From positions 1 to 39,414 of the IMG/VR virus record IMGVR_UViG_2225789004_000001: a stretch of 39,414 bases of DNA. One strand, 5' to 3'. The translations under genes and the position numbers were made by a program. This document shows, in pieces, positions 1 through 7,717 of the stretch. Positions within the stretch are counted from its first letter, which is position 1, and every line of letters begins with the position of its first letter. The DNA comes from a virus. The notes under the pieces were generated by a model that saw nothing but the letters and a program-made list of their open reading frames with translations, did not search any database and was not told where the DNA came from.

Positions 1-33
1 TTTCATCACTGCTGCTCATATTGACATTTCTAA
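1..33. repeat. Terminal overlap, left copy (identical to 39382..39414)
   Basis: tttcatcactgctgctcatattgacatttctaa read at both contig ends. This is consistent with a circular or terminally redundant assembly. Confidence 0.9.
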
Positions 34-91
34 GATGTTCTGTCAAATCACTTTCACAAAACGGACAAAATATCTCTAATTCATCAGACAC
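1..91 (-). CDS. N-terminal part of a junction-spanning Zn-ribbon protein (51 aa when circularised)
   Basis: Hand translation: GTG at 91..89 preceded by GAGGGA, giving MSDELEIFCPFCESDLTEHLRNVNMSSSDE... The frame runs off position 1 and continues at 39381 down to TAA at 39317..39319. Confidence 0.5.
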   Translation of the reverse strand, partial: MSDELEIFCPFCESDLTEHLRNVNMSSSDE

Positions 92-101
92 TATAAATCC
101 C

Positions 102-278
102 TCATCTTATGTTTGTAATTTCGTTTTTAAATTCCGTGTAATTTTGACATACCCACAATTTAAAAAAACCAAAAGGGGCAACTCGGACAACTCTTGCATT
201 TTGATGTTTACATCCATTTTTTGAAAAATGATAACATAAAGAATTGTTACATCTAACAGACACTATTCCAGATGCCAT
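102..278 (-). CDS. Small Cys-rich protein
   Basis: ORF track 102..284 has a TTG start. ATG at 278 follows GAGGA. The TGA stop overlaps the next start in an ATGA arrangement. Contains C-x4-C-x8-C-x-H. Confidence 0.5.
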   Translation of the reverse strand: MASGIVSVRCNNSLCYHFSKNGCKHQNARVVRVAPFGFFKLWVCQNYTEFKNEITNIR

Positions 279-288
279 TTTCAATTCC

Positions 289-585
289 TCAATTTTTAGA
301 TTCGAAACTCATGCAGTAAAGAGAATCTTTTAATGAAAACGGCTGTTCCGATTTCTGCAATTTAATGTTTTTCAACAAGCATGAACCGTTTTTTTGACTC
401 ATGCATAATTTATTATTGCCGACCCATGCAATTTTCTGAATTTTCTTTTCCAAGAAATCATGAATTCTTTCGTCTGCAAAATCATCTGGAAGATTATTAA
501 GGCGATTTCGAATTCTATTTTCTATCAATTTGTCGATTCCATCATCCTTTTCGATAAAATCAACATCTATCAGCAATTTTGGCAT
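289..585 (-). CDS. Hypothetical protein
   Basis: ORF track 289..654. Internal ATG at 585 is preceded by GAAGGTGATTAAA, directly after the TAA of the upstream gene. Confidence 0.6.
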   Translation of the reverse strand: MPKLLIDVDFIEKDDGIDKLIENRIRNRLNNLPDDFADERIHDFLEKKIQKIAWVGNNKLCMSQKNGSCLLKNIKLQKSEQPFSLKDSLYCMSFESKN

Positions 586-586
586 T

Positions 587-958
587 TTAATCACCTTCTT
601 TGGAATAAGCAATCCGGCAAGTTGGTTCAATATAAGTTGTTTCTTTGGCAACACTGATTTCTGGATATTTCAGTTCCAATTCTTTCAATGTTTTTGAGTT
701 CCACGAACTTCGTTCATGTCCTTTCACATACGAAACCGTTGCACCTGCTGTCTTGATACTTGTATCAGCCGGACAACACATTCGCACATTTAATTCCGCA
801 CGGCGAAAAATCTGATTCGCTTCCGAATTTTCAAGTTTTTGCTGTGCTTCCAAGAAGATTTTCTGTGCTTTTTGAAATTCTTTGTAATCTTCACTTTCAA
901 GGAAATGGTTTCTCTTGGAAACCAAATCTTCGACCATTTCACCGAATTTTTCAATCAT
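587..958 (-). CDS. Hypothetical protein
   Basis: ORF track 587..997. ATG at 958 overlaps the TGA of the upstream Zn-ribbon ORF (ATGA coupling). Confidence 0.6.
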   Translation of the reverse strand: MIEKFGEMVEDLVSKRNHFLESEDYKEFQKAQKIFLEAQQKLENSEANQIFRRAELNVRMCCPADTSIKTAGATVSYVKGHERSSWNSKTLKELELKYPEISVAKETTYIEPTCRIAYSKEGD

Positions 959-1116
959 TTTTCCCATTCCATTTCTGCGTTTAAAGTTCCACGACAATTT
1001 GGATTCCTACACCAGAATTTTAAAGTGTAATGAACCGCATCGCCGGTATCGTATTTAGCGTTTTTAGTTTGTTCAAGAGTGTCGCATTTACAATGCGGAC
1101 ATTTCAAATCAACCAT
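955..1116 (-). CDS. Zn-ribbon protein, 53 aa
   Basis: Hand translation, below the track length cut-off: MVDLKCPHCKCDTLEQ...FWCRNPNCRGTLNAEMEWEK. SD GGGGTGAT lies upstream. Confidence 0.55.
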   Translation of the reverse strand: MVDLKCPHCKCDTLEQTKNAKYDTGDAVHYTLKFWCRNPNCRGTLNAEMEWEK

Positions 1117-1121
1117 CGAAA

Positions 1122-1577
1122 TCACCCCACTCTTTCAATGAATTTTTCTAACCATGCGATGATATGTTCCGGAACTTCGATTTTCAACCAAGCCGAACCA
1201 TATTTGTAACCTTCATCGTCATAAATGCCAAACTCTTCTAAAATTTTACAAGTGGTTTCATAATCAAAAGAGCATTTGGATTGGAGTTCAAGATATTTCA
1301 TGAGTTCAGTCTGCTTCACCGTTCCGGCTCTCAAATTGTTGAGATGGTAGTTATCCCAGACATACATCAGAAAAGCGAAATCTCGTTTACTGAATTTTTG
1401 GTAAATTCTCAATTCGCCGGATTCATATTTCTTTTTCAAATAATCTTGAATCTGACCGATATGATTTCCACCGATGTCGCCGCAGATGCTTAACACGCCA
1501 TCTTTGGTGTATTCAATTTCAATTGTTACAAGACCTTCGTCTTTGATTACTCCAAATTTTATTGCTTTTTTAATCAT
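1122..1577 (-). CDS. Hypothetical protein, first gene behind promoter module at 1584..1650
   Basis: ORF track. GGAGTGAT SD 6 nt upstream of the ATG. Confidence 0.75.
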   Translation of the reverse strand: MIKKAIKFGVIKDEGLVTIEIEYTKDGVLSICGDIGGNHIGQIQDYLKKKYESGELRIYQKFSKRDFAFLMYVWDNYHLNNLRAGTVKQTELMKYLELQSKCSFDYETTCKILEEFGIYDDEGYKYGSAWLKIEVPEHIIAWLEKFIERVG

Positions 1578-1583
1578 TTCAAA

Positions 1584-1650
1584 TCACTCCAATTAGGTAA
1601 TTTACCTACAATATAGTAAAGTATCTATAAGTATATATAGGTTTTGGTTA
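1584..1650 (-). promoter_or_regulatory. Conserved promoter module (CCAAAA, TATATATA, N13, TACTATATTGTAG, hairpin, GGAGTGAT)
   Basis: On the minus strand: TATATATA 1632..1639, TACTATATTGTAG 1606..1618, palindrome TAGGTAATTTACCTA 1594..1608, SD 1584..1590. Confidence 0.65.
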
Positions 1651-1654
1651 AACC
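1605..1654. repeat. 50-bp perfect repeat, copy A (identical to 38642..38691)
   Basis: cctacaatatagtaaagtatctataagtatatataggttttggttaaacc read identically at both loci. It spans a promoter module and the stop region of an HNH-like gene. Confidence 0.85.
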
Positions 1655-1655
1655 A

Positions 1656-2093
1656 TCACCGAACCCGATTTTGCATATTTTCGGCATGAGTAATCCAACG
1701 ACAGTTTTCAGGTTCATAATTTCCGTTGTTATTGATTCTGTCTAATTCTAATCCTTCTTGGTATCCGTTTTCCATCGCCCAATCAAAAAAAGATTTAAAA
1801 TCAGATTTCCAGATTTCACATACTGAAATACCTCTGCCGCCGTAATCAGGATACGCATTTCTGTTTGGATTTGAACAGCGGTCTTTCATGTTTCGCCATA
1901 CGTTATGGAGTTTATGATTCGACAATCCGTGTCGAGTCATTTTTGTTGAAACATAACATTTCCGGCACAAATCCGTTTTCCGGCGTTCCCAGTTAATCAA
2001 TTCAACTTCTCTTAATTCGCCGCAATTCGGACATTTCACATTTTCATACATTTTCGTTAATTTATTTCGTTTTCTTTTTCTCACCTCTCGCAT
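1656..2093 (-). CDS. HNH_3-type endonuclease-like protein with N-terminal Zn ribbon
   Basis: ORF track 1656..2132. CPNC...CRKC, then WRNMKDRC..NP..YPDYGGRGISVC..W and LDRINNNGNYEPENCRWITHAENMQN. ATG 2093 follows GGTGATGAAA. The start choice is uncertain. Confidence 0.65.
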   Translation of the reverse strand: MREVRKRKRNKLTKMYENVKCPNCGELREVELINWERRKTDLCRKCYVSTKMTRHGLSNHKLHNVWRNMKDRCSNPNRNAYPDYGGRGISVCEIWKSDFKSFFDWAMENGYQEGLELDRINNNGNYEPENCRWITHAENMQNRVR

Positions 2094-2098
2094 TTTCA

Positions 2099-4144
2099 TC
2101 ACCGCCTGCCGGGTTTCAACTGAAACGACCATGTTGTTTTCTTGGAAGTTGAATTTGAAACATACCGTTTTTCGAATCCCTGTAAATCCATTTCAACGGA
2201 AAAGTTACCGCTTGATAACGGTTTATATCCATTTTCGTCACACCAAATAGAATACTCATATTTGTAAAAATGAGCGGCTGTAACAGACTTTAAATATTCG
2301 TTTAATTCAGCCTTTTCGCCATAACCGTTGAGGAACTCTACGACCGGATTTGACAAGATTTCATAGGCTTTTTTCATCTCAATCACACTCTCGGAAATAG
2401 TGAATCCGTATTTTTCCATTCGCCAATATCCTTTTATTGCCTGCTGTATTAGATATTCCAACGATTCGTGCGTTGTCAGTTTATCTATCATTTTATCATC
2501 TTCATCAGTCGAGGTGAATTTTGCAATAAACGGTATCAAGATGATTCTTCGAAGAAAACCATCCGAAGTATCGTCTGTTCTTGGCGGACGGTTTCCGGCG
2601 AAGATGAATTTTGCACAATTTGAAAATTTAATCGGTGTTTGGAATTTTATATCCACTGTCACCGAATCGCCAGTGACGAGTTTCTTAAAAAGGTTTGCAC
2701 CGGACACATATCGCATATTTATGTCACTGCCGATATTGATTAATTTACCGATTAATTTATGAGTGAAAAATTGCTTATTCAAATCTTCAAAATCCAATGA
2801 TTCAATATTATTACCGCCGAAAGCTTTCGTCACTGCTTTTAAGAAAGTGGATTTGCCGTTTGCACCAGAGCCGATTAAGAAAAACGATTTTCCTTTTTCA
2901 TTTCTTGGATTCAGGCAGAAACCAATCATTTCATAGAGAAGTTTTTCTAAATCTTCGTTGTTGCAAGTGATGTCTCTCATAAATTCGTCAAATACCGGCG
3001 ATTTCGCATTTGGATTGAAATCAATCGGTAATTTAAAGAAACAAATCCTGTCCGGTGAATAATCATACACCTTTCCGGTGCGGTTACTCCAAACGCAATT
3101 GCTAAAACCAATAAATTCATACAACTCCGCATCTTGAATATCAAAATTTGGAATCGCTTCTTCGGTTGTTAAGATGAAATCAAAAATTTCATTTATTTCA
3201 TTGCGTTTGAGATTGAAAATCGTATCCATGATTAAAGATTTTAAATTATCATTACGATAAATGCCATTTTGATACGCATACGGAACTCCGTTTATCTTTT
3301 TTATGTGTAAAACATTAATCAGACATTCTGCCGCATCTTGGTGCTTAAAACCATAATGCGGTTCGACAAACTATAACTTATCCGCTTTACCGCCAGTCGC
3401 AACCGTTGCCTTTTCAAATGTCTTATCCCGAAGAATCGCATCCATTTCCTTTTTCGATAATTTCTCTTCAAAAATCATTCCATTGATGATTCGACAAACT
3501 GTTTCAACATCATCTCGATTCATCAACTTTTGAAGTCCAAGAGCAAACTCAGAAAGCGTATGATTCCGGCTTCCTTGCTTCATTTTGAAAATGGATTCTC
3601 GTTTTTTGAAATAATAGAAGAAAAACGGAAGTGGGGACAATTCATCAAACGAATAAATTTCACCAAGAAAATTGCGGTCAATGGTATCCAGTCGAATCGG
3701 CTCATAGTCCGGATTTTTGCCTTGTTCACCGCCGAGTTTATATTCACATTCCAAACCTAACGCACAAATATGTCCTTGCGGTATTTTTTTTGGAATATTT
3801 CCTCTTGGGTTCTCAATCAAATCAGGATTCTTAAAATAGATGTGGTATCCTTTTTCAGTTTGAACGACATTATATTTCAAATCAATTTCGAACATTTCTT
3901 TTTCGACAATTAATTTCAAAAGACTGACTGCGAATTTACCTTCTTCTTCGTTATCGAAATCAAGAACAACAATGCCGTTTCTAATCTCTCCGGCAATGAA
4001 GTTTTCAGTTTCATCAACATTATAAAGCAACGGTGCTGAACGTGGTTGAAGCGGCACTTTCTTTTGCTCTGCATGCCATGCTTTCGCACTTAATTTGAAA
4101 AAACCATTATAAAGAGATTGAATTTTTGGATTTTTTAAGTCCAT
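2099..4144 (-). CDS. Prim-Pol primase fused to D5/P4-type helicase, with one in-frame TAG at 3371..3373
   Basis: ORFs 3371..4153 and 2099..3229 are in the same frame (924 nt apart). The 47 codons between them have no stop. N-terminal part has VVLDFDNEEEG and GYHIYF (Prim-Pol-like). C-terminal part has Walker A GSGANGKST. ATG 4144 is preceded by GAGTGATAAAA. Confidence 0.7.
3371..3373 (-). other. In-frame TAG inside the primase-helicase
   Basis: Context ...ADKL-TAG-FVEPHYGFKHQDAAECLINVLHIKKINGVPYAYQNGIYRND... The frame stays open into the helicase domain. Confidence 0.75.
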
Positions 4145-4149
4145 TTTTA

Positions 4150-4407
4150 TCACTCATCTGGTAAACGCTTTGCCAATACTCTTTCTTCGTGTTGTCGTTC
4201 AATGGATTGTAAAAATCTGGAAATCCGATACCGAATTTCTTTAATATCGTTTTGTTCCAATTCTTCGCCAACTTCCTCTATTTTTATGTGAAACAATTTC
4301 GGATTATCTTTCTGAACCGAAACTTTAACCATCATTACGATTTGAGAATCTAAATCTGTTGAAACATTTACCGGCGAACTCTTTTTTTTGAAAATATTAT
4401 TAAACAT
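4150..4407 (-). CDS. Hypothetical protein
   Basis: ORF track 4150..4578. ATG 4407 is preceded by GGAG. The upstream part of the ORF overlaps a hairpin-containing spacer. Confidence 0.5.
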   Translation of the reverse strand: MFNNIFKKKSSPVNVSTDLDSQIVMMVKVSVQKDNPKLFHIKIEEVGEELEQNDIKEIRYRISRFLQSIERQHEERVLAKRLPDE

Positions 4408-4481
4408 GATGAAAACTCCGAATTTTAATCTGGAAAACAACATATACGGATTAAAGTTTATTAAATTTCCGTATAAGAAAC

Positions 4482-4525
4482 ACCGCTTCCGGATTAAAGA
4501 TTTAAACAGCGTTTCCGGAAGCGGT
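4482..4525 (-). terminator. 11-bp perfect-stem hairpin in a 136-nt spacer (attenuator or regulatory hairpin)
   Basis: accgcttccgg (4482..4492) and ccggaagcggt (4515..4525). Confidence 0.4.
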
Positions 4526-4543
4526 TTTGTCGTTTTTAAAAGG

Positions 4544-5011
4544 TTATTTCCAAATACCGAATTTTCGGGTGGGGTCAATGGCTTGCTTTCTGAAATCTTG
4601 GAGTGATTTTAAGTCCGCCATACAGCCAGTGACGTGTTCTTCGATACCGGAAATAACTTCATTCACAAATTCGATATGGTAGTGACGAATGAATTTATTG
4701 AGTGTTTTTAATTCCCATTTGCCAGAAATGGGAGTGTAGCCTTCTTCTTCATTAGAGTGTTTCGCTCTTTCTTGGATAAGGCGTTCAATAAATTCTCGTT
4801 CATCGGAATCCATGAATGTAAGAGCGGATTTCAGAACTAAATCTTCAAATCCGCTCGCATCAATTGCATAGTTGTCGGAATCAAACGAATATCCGTCTCG
4901 TGATTCCAATATTTCTAAAATTGCGTCATAAATAGAATCCAACTCCGACTCAAAATAAGTCGGAGTGTTTTCTACTGATGAACTTTCAATTCGTTCATCC
5001 ATTTCAATCAC
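4544..5011 (-). CDS. Acidic hypothetical protein
   Basis: ORF track. SD ACGGTGATTGAA upstream. Confidence 0.7.
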   Translation of the reverse strand: MIEMDERIESSSVENTPTYFESELDSIYDAILEILESRDGYSFDSDNYAIDASGFEDLVLKSALTFMDSDEREFIERLIQERAKHSNEEEGYTPISGKWELKTLNKFIRHYHIEFVNEVISGIEEHVTGCMADLKSLQDFRKQAIDPTRKFGIWK

Positions 5012-5014
5012 CGT

Positions 5015-5812
5015 TTACTGCGGCATTGTGCATCTTGCAATAATTACATCGGCTTGAATCGGAACTTCGTATTCATAATTGCTTCCGTTTTCAAGAGACC
5101 AGAAATAAAGTTTGCCGAATTTATCGCCGAACTTAAATTCATAATCTTCGCCGAAACTCTTTTCCAGTTTGTTCATTATTGCTAAACATTCCGAATCTGT
5201 GATTGGTTTAATACAATTATCGTTGCCGAAACTTTCAATTTGAGCGAATCCGGCGGCTTGAACTCCACCGCACATGAAATAAATGATTTCGTTGTCTTTC
5301 TTGGAAGCGATTTCATTTACCAAGAAATTAATTGATGTTTCATCATTGACATGATGGTGGATGATGGATGTTACCGGATTGCCGAAAATATTTGTTGTTT
5401 TCAATTTTTCAGAAATCCATTTCTGCCTTTGTTCGCTGATGTCAAACTCATTCCCTTTTTCATCCAAAGAAATTGAAATGGAATGTCCGGCTGTCAGTTG
5501 TGTCGTTTCTGCATCTTCATATAAGACTTCATAAACGATGATTTTGTTTGAGTCCAACATCGCTTCTTTTGCCGCATCCGGAACATCGTCCGTCATAATC
5601 ATATGCATCATAAATTCGACTGATAAATCTTCCAGATTTTTGCTGTCTTTCAAATTGATTGCTTCAACTTTCGTCAATCCATACTTTTCCTTCATCATCG
5701 GATTTAAGAAAAGTGTTCTTTCACCGGAATCAACGATTTCCTTTAACGCAAGAATATCAGATTCGGTTTTAACGAGCAGGTTGTAAGCAATTCCAGATTT
5801 TAAATTTTTCAT
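5015..5812 (-). CDS. Hypothetical protein
   Basis: ORF track. GGAGTGAAAAAAT upstream of the ATG. Confidence 0.75.
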   Translation of the reverse strand: MKNLKSGIAYNLLVKTESDILALKEIVDSGERTLFLNPMMKEKYGLTKVEAINLKDSKNLEDLSVEFMMHMIMTDDVPDAAKEAMLDSNKIIVYEVLYEDAETTQLTAGHSISISLDEKGNEFDISEQRQKWISEKLKTTNIFGNPVTSIIHHHVNDETSINFLVNEIASKKDNEIIYFMCGGVQAAGFAQIESFGNDNCIKPITDSECLAIMNKLEKSFGEDYEFKFGDKFGKLYFWSLENGSNYEYEVPIQADVIIARCTMPQ

Positions 5813-5840
5813 ATTTTTTCACTCCAAGTTGATTTAAGTA

Positions 5841-5877
5841 ATTTATTAAAACCGGAAATTGGATTTCAACTTCCGGT
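5841..5877 (-). terminator. Intrinsic terminator-like hairpin
   Basis: accggaa (5851..5857) and ttccggt (5871..5877), followed on the minus strand by TTTAATAAAT. Confidence 0.5.
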
Positions 5878-5892
5878 CATAACTCTGATTGA

Positions 5893-6906
5893 TTATTTAT
5901 TTCCTAAATATCCGCCTCTCATTGCGGCAGACCCTTCGACTTCACCGGACATATAGACTGCACCAAGATTTGCACCTCTAATTCTTGACTGAACAGTTTT
6001 CATTCCTTTCAACATTTCGTCAAACTCTTCGTTTACTTTCGGGGGGGTAATGAGTTGAAGAGCAACGCAATTTTGATTCAAAACTTTTTCCACTCCGGCA
6101 ACGAATCCCAAAGCGAACGAGTTGTAAACATTTCTTCCATGTCCGTGTTCTTTTTGGTATTTCACTCTTTCTTTTTCCGCCAATTTGTTTCCCAAAGCGA
6201 ACAATTTTGTGAAAACCTTTCTTGCCACCAACGCATCAGTTTCAAATCCAAAAAATGCGATTGAATTTCCGATAGAATATTGTTTACAACGATAATTCTT
6301 CGCCAACACATTCGCCAAAGCAACTTTCCATTCTCTTCCCTCGCCGCAGTCATAGATTGCGGAGTAGCAGGTCTCAACTTCGCCTTCCAGATTCAAATCT
6401 TCTGTTTTCAATCCATGTTTCGCAAGAAGATTCTGTGCCATTTGAGCGGCGAGTTGAGCTTCTTCTTCGAATTTTGTTTTGGCTGATAATTCGAGACATT
6501 TGTTAATCTTTTCAATCAAATTAACTCTTTCTTCATCAACTTCGAGACATTGATTGATATGAAGGTCTTTGACGTAAAACTTAAACATTATTGTTTCAAA
6601 TTTTAATCCTTTAATTGTGACTTTTCTGGTTGAGAACTCCACATTGTCGTATAACTTGTCTTTTTGTTTCATCAACCGTTTAAAATCTTCCGGCACTATA
6701 AATGTTAATGTTGCGATTGCATCGTTCCAGTCATCCGGCTTAAAGAAGTTTAATTTTACTGTTCCATGTTTCAGGATTTCTTCTAAATTCGGACATCCGG
6801 CTGTTACGAACATCTTATTAATTCGGACTTCCATTTCCTTTACTTCTTCCGGCGTAAGTGTCGGTTGGTTAAGGGAATTTTTGATTTCAGTCATATTTTT
6901 AATCAC
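5893..6906 (-). CDS. Hypothetical protein with DUF2786-like helical segment
   Basis: ORF track. INKCLELSAKTKFEEEAQLAAQMAQNLLAKHGL resembles the DUF2786 signature. GGAGTGAT SD upstream. Confidence 0.7.
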   Translation of the reverse strand: MIKNMTEIKNSLNQPTLTPEEVKEMEVRINKMFVTAGCPNLEEILKHGTVKLNFFKPDDWNDAIATLTFIVPEDFKRLMKQKDKLYDNVEFSTRKVTIKGLKFETIMFKFYVKDLHINQCLEVDEERVNLIEKINKCLELSAKTKFEEEAQLAAQMAQNLLAKHGLKTEDLNLEGEVETCYSAIYDCGEGREWKVALANVLAKNYRCKQYSIGNSIAFFGFETDALVARKVFTKLFALGNKLAEKERVKYQKEHGHGRNVYNSFALGFVAGVEKVLNQNCVALQLITPPKVNEEFDEMLKGMKTVQSRIRGANLGAVYMSGEVEGSAAMRGGYLGNK

Positions 6907-6973
6907 TCCAATTATTAGTAGTAATTTTACTACAATTACATAAAGTCACTATAAGTATATATAGGTTTTGGTT
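6903..6973 (-). promoter_or_regulatory. Conserved promoter module, leftward arm
   Basis: TATATATA 6956..6963, hairpin GTAGTAA/TTACTAC 6918..6933, SD rc at 6903..6909. Shares 25 bp (6949..6973) with the 50-bp repeat. Confidence 0.6.
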
Positions 6974-7087
6974 GGATGTTTATGTTGTCTGCTATCGTTA
7001 TATTATATTATGTGTTGATTATGGGTTATTACTTTTTTATGTTTTCTTATTACTTTTTATGATTTTTTTTCAGTATTATATTTTTAA

Positions 7088-7123
7088 TTGTAAATTTACA
7101 ATTTTTTACAATATTTTTACAAT
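7088..7123. repeat. Iteron cluster 1: 14-bp palindrome TTGTAAATTTACAA plus three direct TTTACAAT
   Basis: TTTACAAT at 7095, 7105 and 7116, spaced 10 to 11 bp. Inverted ATTGTAAA at 7088. Confidence 0.8.
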
Positions 7124-7217
7124 AATCACCCCTTTTTTCGCCGATTTTTTCCAGTCGGAATAGAGGTGTGAGATTTATAATAATTGCTCAATATAAGTTT
7201 ATATAGGAAAATAAAAT

Positions 7218-7235
7218 TTTACAATTTTTTACAAT
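7218..7235. repeat. Iteron cluster 2: two direct TTTACAAT
   Basis: Copies at 7218..7225 and 7228..7235. Confidence 0.8.
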
Positions 7236-7367
7236 AAAGAAAATCGTTATCTATATACTATATTATTGTATTATTTTATTATTTTATAAGATATTAATTA
7301 AATATAGAAAAGTCCCCCCTAAATGATATTATAGATTTTTCTCATATTCAGACGCTGTTTCAAAAAT

Positions 7368-7383
7368 TTTACAATTTTACAAT
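7368..7383. repeat. Iteron cluster 3: two direct TTTACAAT
   Basis: Copies at 7368..7375 and 7376..7383. Confidence 0.8.
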
Positions 7384-7486
7384 ACAGTATCCTGCTATCG
7401 AATCAACCACCTACCTATTTTATTTTGCTATATAAACCCTCAAAAAACCTTCAACCGACCTCGATTGCCAGTGGAACTTTTTTCGG

Positions 7487-7673
7487 TATCAGGAGAACCG
7501 AAGTTGAAACCGTATGACCCCGACCCCGTAAAAAATTTCTTCATTTCCGGCAACTGCTGTCGAATCCGAAAAAACGGCATTTTTCGTCAAAAATCCACCG
7601 GTAATAAGAGACGGTGTAAAAATAAATCAACTTTACTTGATTTACAGATTTCGCCTTTCTGGTTCTCCTGATA
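7487..7673 (+). other. GC-rich structured element closed by a perfect 13-bp inverted repeat (candidate ncRNA or MITE-like insert)
   Basis: tatcaggagaacc (7487..7499) pairs with ggttctcctgata (7661..7673). Internal hairpins: cgaaaaa/tttttcg 7567..7586, caccg/cggtg 7596..7616, aaatcaa/ttgattt about 7623..7643. Strand is not established. Confidence 0.35.
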
Positions 7674-7717
7674 GTGATTCTTTTCTTGGATGTGAGAGTA
7701 AAAAGAAGAATTTTCAA

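Noticed and set aside
1-33. The 33-bp terminal repeat as a genuine direct terminal repeat or cos-type end
   Set aside because: A small ORF and operon coupling run straight through the junction. The length is typical of an assembler k-mer overlap. It is treated as a circularisation artefact until read-terminus data say otherwise.
6972-7163. 63-aa ORF in the AT-rich part of the control region
   Set aside because: The translation is Phe/Tyr/Ile/Leu-rich junk produced by an AT-rich repeat. There is no SD, and it overlaps the iterons.
7517-7540. preQ1-riboswitch look-alike (CCCCG followed by an A-run), given the deazaguanine genes elsewhere
   Set aside because: It is not upstream of yhhQ or dpdA, I could not draw a P1/P2 pseudoknot pairing, and the resemblance is only a C-run plus an A-run.
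7465-7671. 68-aa ORF (TTG start) covering the GC-rich structured element
   Set aside because: It has no SD-like motif, although nearly all genes here have one, and it starts with TTG. Its sequence is odd and low in complexity. Its span coincides with the inverted-repeat-bounded element, which explains the open frame better as a non-coding structure.
7487-7673. Retron msr/msd-like or DGR-type element (terminal inverted repeats around a structured RNA)
   Set aside because: No reverse transcriptase (no YxDD-type ORF) is present anywhere in the genome, and I saw no template/variable repeat pair in the fibre genes.
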